Of a DNA stretch of 64,000 nt, positions 43,017 through 52,096 are shown in pieces. Source of the DNA: Methylococcales bacterium (GTDB lineage: Bacteria > Pseudomonadota > Gammaproteobacteria > Methylococcales > Methylomonadaceae); the NCBI GenBank assembly GCA_023145835.1, contig JAGLDH010000019.1, forward strand, positions 1 to 64,000. The letters run 5' to 3'. How positions within the stretch are numbered: the first letter of the stretch is position 1; the number at the start of each line of letters is the position of its first letter. The notes beneath the pieces are model-generated. The model searched no databases and was not told the origin of the DNA. It saw nothing but the letters and a program-made list of their open reading frames with translations. The translations under genes and the position numbers were made by a program.

Positions 43017-43709
43017 ATGTTAAATCTGTTACTTATTGAAGATGATCACCCTATTAGAGAAATGTTACATCATTTTCTTACGGGTAAAAATTTTTTAGTT
43101 CAAGATGCCAAAGATGGGGAGCAAGCTTTAGATATTCTGAATAAAACTAATCCAGATTTAATTTTGCTTGATTGGATGTTACCCGATCAAAGTGGACCGC
43201 AAATAATCAAAATAATTCGCAAAAATCCAGTACAAAAAGACATCCCAATCATTATGCTCACAGCCCGCGCAGAAGAAATGGATAAAATTGAAGGATTAGA
43301 TGCTGGTGCGGATGACTATATGGCTAAACCCGTATCTTTACAGGAATTATATGCACGAATTAGGGCTTTAATTCGTCGATCACAAGGAATCAATGAAAAA
43401 AAAATTATCACAAAAGGTGGTATTTCTTTAGACCTTGATAATAATGAATTAAAAATTCAAGAAAAAAATATAAAAATTGGCCCGACAGAGTTTCGTTTAC
43501 TGCATTATTTAATGCGTAGACCCAACCGCTTACATACAAGATCTCAATTACTTGATCAGGTTTGGGGGCAAGGAATATTTATTGAAGAACGTACTGTTGA
43601 TGTACATATTTTACGTTTACGAAAACTACTAAAACCTTATCATGTTGATAATATGATAATGACTGTTCGTGGTGCAGGTTACCGGTTTATTGATAACCCT
43701 GATGAATAA
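43017..43709 (+). CDS. phoB: phosphate regulon response regulator
   Basis: 'LLIEDDHPIREML' receiver, OmpR/PhoB winged-helix C-terminus 'VDVHILRLRKLL...TVRGAGYRF'; 230 aa. Confidence 0.9.
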   Translation: MLNLLLIEDDHPIREMLHHFLTGKNFLVQDAKDGEQALDILNKTNPDLILLDWMLPDQSGPQIIKIIRKNPVQKDIPIIMLTARAEEMDKIEGLDAGADDYMAKPVSLQELYARIRALIRRSQGINEKKIITKGGISLDLDNNELKIQEKNIKIGPTEFRLLHYLMRRPNRLHTRSQLLDQVWGQGIFIEERTVDVHILRLRKLLKPYHVDNMIMTVRGAGYRFIDNPDE

Positions 43710-45012
43710 TAGTTTCTGGGGTAATGAACGTTTACGCTTTATGCTAGTGTTGTTTCTTGCTTCACTAGGGGGAATGATGAGCGGGCAATGGCTTATTAGC
43801 CTAACTATTTCTCTATTTGGTTTTATTCTATGGCTCTTGTATAAGCTTCATCAGCTTAATATTTGGTTAGAAAATGGAGCCAAATCCAGAAAACTGCCTG
43901 ATAGTGATGGATTGTGGGCTCATATTAATCATAAAATACAAGGACTTCAAAAAAAGAGTAATCTACGCAAAAAACGGATGGCTAAACTACTTAAGCGCTC
44001 TCAAGATATTATTTCAGGACTTCCTTATGGAACGATAGTACTTAATAAATATAACGAAATTGACTGGGCGAACAAAGCATCTTTAGACTATTTAAATATC
44101 GATCATAAAAAGGATCGAGGGCAACGCATTGATAATCTTTTACGATTTCCAGAACTTCAACCGTTTCTTTCTTCACAAAACTCTACAAAAATTGAAATTA
44201 CGTTCCCTCCCAGCCATGGTCGTAGATTAGCAATACAACTTATTCATCTTCAACAAAAACAAAAACTTCTCATCGCAGAAGATATTAGTGAGCGTATACA
44301 ACTTCAGCAAATGCGTAAAAATTTTATTGCCAATGCTTCTCACGAACTAAAAACACCCTTAACTGTCATTAAGGGATACCTAGAGATTTTACAAGAAGAT
44401 GAAAACCTGCCAAAACACTTGCAAACTGCAATTGCTTCAGCCACTGACCAATCATCTAGAATGCAGCGCATTATTGAGGACTTGTTAAACCTTTCGCGCC
44501 TAGAAAATTCTGACTTAAATAACAACGCGAGTGCCATTATTGACCTTCCTTTAATTTTAAAAAATATTTGCTCAGAAGAAGCGACTTTAACGACGGAAGG
44601 CACGCATACATTAGAAACAGATATTGATAGCCACCTAAAACTAAAAGGTATAGAAACAGAAATTATGAGTGTCTGTAGCAATTTAATCCATAATTCGATT
44701 CGTCACACACGAAGTGGAACTCATGTAAAAGTCGAATGGAAAAAACACCCTTGGGGCGAAGCGAGGCTTACGGTTAAAGACAATGGACAAGGAATTTCTA
44801 CAGAGCATATCCCTCATCTAACGGAACGGTTTTATCGAGTAGATAAAGGACGTTCAAGAGATAAAGGTGGTACAGGGCTAGGCATGGCAATAGTCCTCCA
44901 TGTTGTACAACGTCATGGAGGCAGGTTAGATATACAAAGTACCGTAGGTAAAGGTTCTATCTTTACGGCTTGTTTTCCAGCCGAACGAGTTGTTGATGAA
45001 TCAACTCATTAG
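43702..45012 (+). CDS. phoR: phosphate regulon sensor histidine kinase
   Basis: ATG 43702 overlaps phoB stop (ATGAATAA); TM pair, PAS, H-box 'NASHELKTPLTVIKGYLE', 'TERFYRVDKGRSRDKGGTGLGMAIV'. Confidence 0.85.
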   Translation: MNNSFWGNERLRFMLVLFLASLGGMMSGQWLISLTISLFGFILWLLYKLHQLNIWLENGAKSRKLPDSDGLWAHINHKIQGLQKKSNLRKKRMAKLLKRSQDIISGLPYGTIVLNKYNEIDWANKASLDYLNIDHKKDRGQRIDNLLRFPELQPFLSSQNSTKIEITFPPSHGRRLAIQLIHLQQKQKLLIAEDISERIQLQQMRKNFIANASHELKTPLTVIKGYLEILQEDENLPKHLQTAIASATDQSSRMQRIIEDLLNLSRLENSDLNNNASAIIDLPLILKNICSEEATLTTEGTHTLETDIDSHLKLKGIETEIMSVCSNLIHNSIRHTRSGTHVKVEWKKHPWGEARLTVKDNGQGISTEHIPHLTERFYRVDKGRSRDKGGTGLGMAIVLHVVQRHGGRLDIQSTVGKGSIFTACFPAERVVDESTH

Positions 45013-45168
45013 GACTGAGGATGAAATAAAACCCGAAACTGGCGTAGGGTTTTTGTTCAGTTTCAAGGCGTAAAAATAGGCGCATAGCAAGCTATGAAAC
45101 TATTTTTACAACACAGAAACTGGACAAAAAGACAAGTCAGTTTCGGGTTTTATAAAATTCTCAGTCCT
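45013..45168. repeat. 156-bp MITE-like palindromic element, copy 2 (same orientation as copy 1)
   Basis: Starts immediately after phoR stop and ends at stop codon of the minus-strand LRR gene; 5 mismatches vs copy 1. Confidence 0.75.
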
Positions 45169-46418
45169 TAGTCACATTTTTTTGGCCCCCATACTTTTGC
45201 ATTAGAAACAAGTATATTTTTAATTTTAGCCACTTCCAAACAATCAACTTGCTTATTTCCTGAAATACCAAATTTTTTCATCGCGGTATTACTAAATAAG
45301 GGTTTAATTGAACTGATCGTATTACTATACAATGTTAACCGCCTCAATTTTTTCTTATCTGAAAGTGAGTCAACCTTAGAGATTTTATTATGACTTAGCT
45401 CGACTTTTTCAAGTTTACTCAGATGATTTAAAGATGAAATATCAGCTATTTCATTGTAGTTTAGTCCTATTTTTTTGAGTTTTTTCAGACTACTAAGTGC
45501 AGAAATATCCTTTATCTTATTCATCATAAATTGAACTTCTGTTACCTCAGTTAACGGCTCCATGTCTGAAATATCTACAATTGAACATTTATTAGCGACT
45601 AAGGTCTCTAAACTTACTAATTTAGAAATTCCATCAAGTGAAGTAAGTGTTTTTGACCCGGAAACATGAAGTACTTTTAATTTGGTGAGCAGAGGAATAC
45701 TATCAAATGAGACTAAATTATTATCTTGTATAAATAGTTTTTCTAAATTAATAAGGCTAGCAACTCGTGTTAGATCAGTAATACCTCCCGCCTGACAAGA
45801 TAGCTCCTTTATTTTCCCCTCATCTAAAATGCCTTCTTTTGCTAACGCGGCATTTATACAACGCTCTAACTGAGATGTTTTTTCAACTGAATATGTAATA
45901 CCTATTCTTTTCAGAACAGCGGACAAAAGGTTAATTTCTTTTAAAATAAAAAATGTTGCAACGAGAACAAAAACAAAGAAAACGAGTCTATTAAATAATA
46001 CAGATTTATCAAAAGAAATAAAAAGTATCGAGAATAATAGGAAAAATAACGGTAAAAACCAAAATTGAATATAGTTATAAATATAACCCTTTTTAGCGTC
46101 ATTCTTATCAACTAATATATGTGTTTTTTGCCCTAGCATTCGTTGACAAAATGCATTATCAGTCCAAAAAGTTCCCTTTCCCTTCAAGTTATCTTGTGAT
46201 GTTGCAACAGGCACATAAAGTACAACTTGACGACGTGATGAAGTTGAAACCCCCGAGTGAGGCCTATTATTAGTATTAACTTCAGTCCATTTTCCTTCAC
46301 AGGATGTAATCACTGCAAAATGAGTGTCAGAGTTTACGAATATTGAAAAGCGCTCATAGGCAAACCATAAAAAAATTGGAATAACCATAGCTAAAACAAT
46401 CTTCTGTGCCACTCCCAT
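45168..46418 (-). CDS. membrane-anchored leucine-rich-repeat (internalin-type LRR) protein
   Basis: N-terminal TM, ~90-aa domain, 2 further TM helices, then >=7 tandem 22-residue LRRs ('LTKLKVLHVSGSKTLTSLDGIS', 'LKKLKKIGLNYNEIADISSL', 'LSKLEKVELSHNKISKVDSL' ...). Confidence 0.7.
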   Translation of the reverse strand: MGVAQKIVLAMVIPIFLWFAYERFSIFVNSDTHFAVITSCEGKWTEVNTNNRPHSGVSTSSRRQVVLYVPVATSQDNLKGKGTFWTDNAFCQRMLGQKTHILVDKNDAKKGYIYNYIQFWFLPLFFLLFSILFISFDKSVLFNRLVFFVFVLVATFFILKEINLLSAVLKRIGITYSVEKTSQLERCINAALAKEGILDEGKIKELSCQAGGITDLTRVASLINLEKLFIQDNNLVSFDSIPLLTKLKVLHVSGSKTLTSLDGISKLVSLETLVANKCSIVDISDMEPLTEVTEVQFMMNKIKDISALSSLKKLKKIGLNYNEIADISSLNHLSKLEKVELSHNKISKVDSLSDKKKLRRLTLYSNTISSIKPLFSNTAMKKFGISGNKQVDCLEVAKIKNILVSNAKVWGPKKCD

Positions 46419-46423
46419 TGATC

Positions 46424-47347
46424 TTAATTATTTTTTTCCAGTATTTTTTTAACAAAAGGTAACCCTAATTCCAACCATTTTTTCCATAACAAATAGAGTG
46501 TTTTTCGACTAAAGCAACCCAATTTTTTTAGTAATGTTGTTGCATCATCACAGCCTATTTTTTGTAATTTTGATTCTACATAAGTACTCCAAAGTGGGTG
46601 TCGCTTACCTTCTGCATTGACAAATGCTTTCTCAAAGAACCACATTTCCAACAAAGAAACAACCCACATAAAAATAAATGCTATTGCCATCCCTCCACCG
46701 GCAAGCATAATCAGTGAGGCAAACATAGGATGCAACTTAGTTAACCACCAAGAAAAAATATCAACAATTAAAAAGGTATATGGCATACCAATCGCAATAC
46801 ATTTATATTTATTTGTACTGGTTTCAGCAAAATTAAAAATAAGCCCAACAAACATAAAAATAAAACTAATACCAAACAAATGAATATGCGAAACTCGGGT
46901 TAACGATGCAAAAGTAGCACCTTCATCCTCCTTAGTTAATTCATGAAGTTCTTCAAATTTGGTAAAATCAGGTATCCCTGATGCACCTTCGTTATGACAC
47001 ATAACACATTTAGTTTCTATAATTTTTTTAACACCCGTCGAAGCATAGTCAGACTCATTCCCTCCTTCTCTATCCCATTGCATAATGACAAAACGTTCGT
47101 GTTCTGTTGCATTATCTTTCATAGAGCCATTCAACTTTGATTCCAGAACAGTCCCTGATCGATTACCGTAATAACTATAAACAATATCATCTAGAGATAA
47201 ACCAAACTCTCCATCAGCCATCCCATGTGTAAACATGATTTGAACAACTGCAAAAAAATAGCCTACTGCAACTGCAGTTAGATAACCTGTAAATAAAACC
47301 TTTACAGGTGCATCAAAGTCTTTTAAATGTGGTAATTTATAAGTCAT
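46424..47347 (-). CDS. 4-TM membrane protein with periplasmic CxxCH (putative mono-heme c-type cytochrome-like) domain
   Basis: 'KCVMCHNEGASGIPDF' heme-c attachment-like motif between TM1 and TM2; 5-bp gap to downstream LRR gene (operon). Confidence 0.45.
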   Translation of the reverse strand: MTYKLPHLKDFDAPVKVLFTGYLTAVAVGYFFAVVQIMFTHGMADGEFGLSLDDIVYSYYGNRSGTVLESKLNGSMKDNATEHERFVIMQWDREGGNESDYASTGVKKIIETKCVMCHNEGASGIPDFTKFEELHELTKEDEGATFASLTRVSHIHLFGISFIFMFVGLIFNFAETSTNKYKCIAIGMPYTFLIVDIFSWWLTKLHPMFASLIMLAGGGMAIAFIFMWVVSLLEMWFFEKAFVNAEGKRHPLWSTYVESKLQKIGCDDATTLLKKLGCFSRKTLYLLWKKWLELGLPFVKKILEKNN

Positions 47348-47457
47348 TGTTAAATTTATTTTAGTAATAAGCCTTTTTTTATAATAGCTGTTACTTTATA
47401 AATTGCTTGTTTTTTAGTCTTATGGCTGAAAAGAATTTAACCCGCTTTAGAACAATA

Positions 47458-47510
47458 ATAACCTAGGTTGTAGTACCGGATTTCAAGGCCAACCTTGTTA
47501 TTTCTTTTTT
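47458..47510 (+). terminator. orphan plus-strand hairpin + T-tract (possible sRNA 3' end)
   Basis: 'ataacctaggttg-tagtaccggatttcaaggc-caaccttgttat' followed by 'ttctttttt'; no plus-strand CDS upstream. Confidence 0.35.
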
Positions 47511-47692
47511 ATATCAAGACTATTTCTATTTAATGGCTTGATTGAAGAAAGTAGCTGAGGCATAGTGACCCTGCATTTTATTCTGTGGTGTTCATTAATA
47601 AATGAAGATATTTATTATTATTTTTGAGGTAAAAGCTATAATTTGCTAGTAATTTAATTTTTTTTTATTTTCACCCTTTAGGTATTTTTTTA

Positions 47693-48850
47693 ATGAGATT
47701 TTGTGTCATCAAAATCATTTTTTTAATCAACACTTTGTTGTTTTATTCAATTGCTACTCAAGCTAATGATTATGACTTCTCTTTTGATTTAAAAAAAAAT
47801 AAGAAACCTCAAAAAGTTGAGGCAAATCACTCTAATGCTCTTCCATCAACAACCTCTTGGCGGTTAGGAATGCAAACCTCCTTATTACCCGATTTTTTAC
47901 AAGGTTCAGGTGAGCTTGTTTATGGAAATCATGGTAAACGTGCAAATTCAGGATTAGCAGACTGGGGAAAATACCTACTAACTCTTGGAGTCAGTGGCAA
48001 GAGAGGTGTTATTGGTTATGGTTTTAACTATTATTCCGTCGGTCAGCAATACAAAGGAAACTTCGACTCAAAATACAGCAAGAAAAAAGGTAAAACAGGA
48101 TATGACTCGTGGCTCTCTTTAAACATTAAAAAACTAAAGATTAAAGCAACGTATTTAGAATCCTGGACAAATACCTCCTCCAGTAATACATCTAACACTC
48201 ATTCCTTTGACAACTGGTATGAAATAGAAACAAGTTACCCCCTTACCTCTAGTCCTTTAACAGAAATTGCTATTTCTTATGGTCTTGGAGAAAGACGTAA
48301 GTTCATTGCTCCTAACTATATCCAAACATATCAAGGTTCATTAAATTTGTTCAAAACAAAATTTCGCTTTGTTGATGACTATTTAAATTTCTCGACGGAA
48401 ATAAAACAATTTAGTTCCCAAAGTGATATTGATGAACATGATGCCTATCAACAAAAAATGCTCTATTTTACGAGCACTCTCTTTCCTCATCAACTGTTAT
48501 CAATTGTTTCATCTTATCGTTATAGCATTGACTTACATTCCCATGATTACAGCAATAAACTAAATAAAATGGAGTCATCTCTTGGCCTAGTTTATAAGTC
48601 AGTATCAGTCCCTGCTAACCTTAGGCTAACCTCAGGATATAAGAATTATCAAAGTAATAATGGCCTTACTCACAGGGATGTTCTTAATATTGGTGCTCAA
48701 CTAGACTGGAAGTCAGTCGGGTCTTTTTCTGGTTTAAAAACAGATTGGACAGTTAATTTTAAATACAAAGATACCGTCGATCATACCAATCCAGCAGTCA
48801 GTTCTTCGGGGTTTAGTCTAAATCTATTATGGCAATGGCCTATTTTTTAA
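47693..48850 (+). CDS. outer-membrane beta-barrel protein, hypothetical
   Basis: Signal peptide, alternating amphipathic beta-strand pattern, aromatic-rich, C-terminal '...LLWQWPIF' (terminal Phe). Confidence 0.5.
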   Translation: MRFCVIKIIFLINTLLFYSIATQANDYDFSFDLKKNKKPQKVEANHSNALPSTTSWRLGMQTSLLPDFLQGSGELVYGNHGKRANSGLADWGKYLLTLGVSGKRGVIGYGFNYYSVGQQYKGNFDSKYSKKKGKTGYDSWLSLNIKKLKIKATYLESWTNTSSSNTSNTHSFDNWYEIETSYPLTSSPLTEIAISYGLGERRKFIAPNYIQTYQGSLNLFKTKFRFVDDYLNFSTEIKQFSSQSDIDEHDAYQQKMLYFTSTLFPHQLLSIVSSYRYSIDLHSHDYSNKLNKMESSLGLVYKSVSVPANLRLTSGYKNYQSNNGLTHRDVLNIGAQLDWKSVGSFSGLKTDWTVNFKYKDTVDHTNPAVSSSGFSLNLLWQWPIF

Positions 48851-48941
48851 TAGGCCACATCTAATACACCTTCTTCTATTAAGAAAATAATAGTCAACTC
48901 AGCAAACTATTACCCCCCTCCTCCTTTAAAATATCAACAAC

Positions 48942-51563
48942 TCACTTTTCTACTTTTTGTACTCTCTTTTCTTTCGGTACTAATAACGATAACCCAAAAT
49001 TAGGAAACACATTAACCATAAGTAAAAAGAATGATGCGGCATAAGGCATTGATTGAACCAATAATACTCCAACCCATAACTGTCCATTAAGGTTACTAAA
49101 ATGTTCGAGTGACATCATTCCATAGGCAGCTGACCATAACAACGTCAAAAAGAATAATTCTTGACGAATAGTCACTAAGCCAGCTAAAAAAGGTCTTTGT
49201 TTTTCAAACTTAGGTGTCCGTAAAAAAGGACGTCCAGAAGTAAATAATCCCTGCCAAACTGCTTTTGCAACGGTATGTGTAAGGCCTAACCCAGCTATTG
49301 CAGCACCTATTGTTTGAAGAACAGAACACTTTACCCTAGCCTGATATAACCACACTGTCCGTGTAATCTTAAATCCAAATAGACCAATAGTGGGTAAAAT
49401 AAAAGCATTAACAGGGAGCTCACCATGTATCGGGTCAATTAATATTTTGGCTGTCAAAAATAAACTAGCAAAGGTGAATAATAAGGATAAAGCATCTGAA
49501 AACCATGGTAGCCATCCTGCAACAAAATAGTATCGTTGTGCGGGTGTTAAATCTGTTTTATTCCCTAACAATAAAGCTCGCCAATGGCGTTTTAAAATTT
49601 GCATTGCACCATAAACCCAACGATGACGCTGTGTCATGTAGCCAGATAAAGTATCAGGAGTGACACCTTGCCCAAATGAATCTTTTACATAAACAGAATC
49701 ATAACCTGCACGATATAAACGCAAACCAAGTTCACTGTCTTCACAAATACACCACTCACCCCATTTTCCAACTTCTTCAAGCGCTGTTTTCCTAATTAAG
49801 GTCATCGTTCCATGCTGAATAATCGCATTAGATTCATTCCGCTGAACCATTCCAATCTGAAAAAAGCCTGCATATTCCCAATGACAAAAAGCTTTAAAGC
49901 CATTATCTTTCCAGTCCCAATAATCTTGCGGTGCCTGAACAAAACCCACGTCTTGCTTTTCAAAATAAGGAACTAAGCTTTTAAGCCAATGAGGCTCCAC
50001 TAAATAGTCACTATCAATAACAGCAATTATCTCAGCATCTTTAGCCGTTTGTTCAAGCGCATAATTAATGGCTCCAGCCTTAAATCCTGGCCAATTTTCT
50101 AAATGATAAAAACGGAATTTATCCCCAAGTCGCTTACACTCTTCTTCAACAGGCTGCCATACAGCAGGATCTTTTGTATTATTATCCATAATTAACACTT
50201 CAAGACTCGGGTAATCAAGCTCAGCCAATGCAGCCAAGGTTTTTTTCACCATGTCTGGTGGCTCATTATGAATAGGTACATGTATAGAAACTTTTGGGTA
50301 AACATAATTATCTGGAGCAGTTAAGGCTCCAAAACTTCTTTCACTTTTTTTGTTCCAAAGAACCTCCGAAATTTCTAAGCTTTCTACTAACAAGACAATG
50401 ATTGCCATTGCTTGCATGGCTAACAATAACCCCCAAAGAAAAAAGCTCAAACTAGTTTGATATTGGCTCGCACCAATTGAAGCAGTCCATGCAATTGTTG
50501 ACGCTGATAAATTAGCAATAATACCAAAAAATATCTTCCCAGATAATTTCATACTACTCCTTGTAAAAAGGAATACTGTCATTAAAATCATACTTAGAAC
50601 AGCTGCACCTAATGCCCAATCCTTCCAATTAGGTAAATCCAATACGTCTCCATACATAGCAAACTTGGGTTCTCGCTGTGCATTAAAGAGCCCCCAATAA
50701 GCACCGGCAGAACCCTCCATAGATTGTTTCCATGGCTGATCAAATGCTTCAACCACATAGTAGGTTAAGTCTTCTTCTTTAGCTCTGTTTAAAAAATCAC
50801 GAACAAATTTAGCCTGGCTTACCAAGCTGGCTTCAGCTTGCCGTTGAGGCTGCCCCGAAGAAGGCCAACCCACTTCAGTAATAACAATCTGTTTATCTGG
50901 AAAAGCTTCCTGTAATTCATTGTACCGATCAAAAACATAATTTACTGCTTCATCTGCAGGAATACCTTCCCAGTAAGGTAAAATATGAGCCGCTATAAAG
51001 TCTACTTCATCAGCAAGCTCTGGATTTTTCATCCAAATATCCCATGTTTCTGAAGTACTAACAGGGCGCCATGTATTCTTACGCACTTGTCTAAGATACG
51101 GAATAAGTTGCTCGACCGTTATCTCATTTCTCATAATTGACTCATTACCAACGATTGTACGGACAATATTTTTATGATCCTGCCTACTTGTTTTTATTAA
51201 GGCATCTATTTCTTTTTGAGTTTGTTCAGGGTCGAGACTAACCCATGCGCCTAAGGTTACATTAAGATCATATAATTCAGCTAACTCAGGCACTCGATCA
51301 AGTCCATTCAGCATACTATATGTACGTACTGCATGAACTTTTCCTTCTAATAGAGCAAGATCTTGCTCTATTTCTTCTTCAGTAGGAAAACGGTTTTCTT
51401 GAGGGTTATCATCACGACGAGCAGGGTTAAAAGAGACCCCCATCATTAACCCTTCCCATGACTGGACTTCGTCAGGTTGATTTACATAGGCCCAGAAAAA
51501 AAAATTTGCTGTAACAATTAAAGCAAGTGTAATTATCGATATAGAAAGAGTTATCCTTTTCAT
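48942..51563 (-). CDS. ndvB: NdvB-like bifunctional beta-glucan synthase: periplasmic GH17 domain fused to membrane GT2 (cellulose-synthase-like) domain
   Basis: GH17 catalytic region 'IVITEVGWPSSG'; GT2 'DSDY', 'QRHRW' (QxxRW); multiple TM segments between and after domains; 873 aa as in P. aeruginosa NdvB. Confidence 0.75.
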   Translation of the reverse strand: MKRITLSISIITLALIVTANFFFWAYVNQPDEVQSWEGLMMGVSFNPARRDDNPQENRFPTEEEIEQDLALLEGKVHAVRTYSMLNGLDRVPELAELYDLNVTLGAWVSLDPEQTQKEIDALIKTSRQDHKNIVRTIVGNESIMRNEITVEQLIPYLRQVRKNTWRPVSTSETWDIWMKNPELADEVDFIAAHILPYWEGIPADEAVNYVFDRYNELQEAFPDKQIVITEVGWPSSGQPQRQAEASLVSQAKFVRDFLNRAKEEDLTYYVVEAFDQPWKQSMEGSAGAYWGLFNAQREPKFAMYGDVLDLPNWKDWALGAAVLSMILMTVFLFTRSSMKLSGKIFFGIIANLSASTIAWTASIGASQYQTSLSFFLWGLLLAMQAMAIIVLLVESLEISEVLWNKKSERSFGALTAPDNYVYPKVSIHVPIHNEPPDMVKKTLAALAELDYPSLEVLIMDNNTKDPAVWQPVEEECKRLGDKFRFYHLENWPGFKAGAINYALEQTAKDAEIIAVIDSDYLVEPHWLKSLVPYFEKQDVGFVQAPQDYWDWKDNGFKAFCHWEYAGFFQIGMVQRNESNAIIQHGTMTLIRKTALEEVGKWGEWCICEDSELGLRLYRAGYDSVYVKDSFGQGVTPDTLSGYMTQRHRWVYGAMQILKRHWRALLLGNKTDLTPAQRYYFVAGWLPWFSDALSLLFTFASLFLTAKILIDPIHGELPVNAFILPTIGLFGFKITRTVWLYQARVKCSVLQTIGAAIAGLGLTHTVAKAVWQGLFTSGRPFLRTPKFEKQRPFLAGLVTIRQELFFLTLLWSAAYGMMSLEHFSNLNGQLWVGVLLVQSMPYAASFFLLMVNVFPNFGLSLLVPKEKRVQKVEK

Positions 51564-51981
51564 TATTGATTCTCCTAAATGTACCAGTACTCATGTTAAG
51601 TACAAGGGCTTAAATCGTCAGCGACTAAAAAACAATTTAAGCAAAAAACACGCCAAAAAGAACGACTTACAAATTAAACCATTACTTTTTGAAACAAAAT
51701 AAATCTATTATTTCATTTTTTGTGACCTGATTCAAAGAATATCGCCACTCTCAAACTACATTTCCTCCCCCCACATTCTATCCTCTTGAAAATTATATTA
51801 TCTTTTTATAAATCATTGTTCCAAAAAATAATAATGCCACTTTAATTAATCATGGCAACTCCTAAATGGACATTGCACATTTACTATTGTTCATTTAGTC
51901 TATTCATTTATGATGCTAGTTAGTTATTTTTATATTTCTAACCACAGCCTTTCTATTATCACTAAAACATTGAACGACCAA

Positions 51982-52095
51982 ATGAAAAAGTATTTTCTCT
52001 TACTAATATTCGCTCTGCAAGCCTGTGGACAAACTGGCCATCTTTACCTTCCAGACCAAGAAGCTCCTATTCATGTAGAAAAAGAAGAATTATAA
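51982..52095 (+). CDS. lptM: LPS-assembly lipoprotein LptM (YifL)
   Basis: 'MKKYFLLLIFALQACGQTGHLYLP' lipobox + conserved GxLYxP; immediately upstream of lysA/dapF as in enterics. Confidence 0.6.
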   Translation: MKKYFLLLIFALQACGQTGHLYLPDQEAPIHVEKEEL

Positions 52096-52096
52096 A

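Noticed and set aside
43669-43701. GTG start at 43669 for phoR
   Set aside because: ATG at 43702 gives the classic phoB-phoR ATGAATAA stop-start overlap and an N-terminus consistent with PhoR
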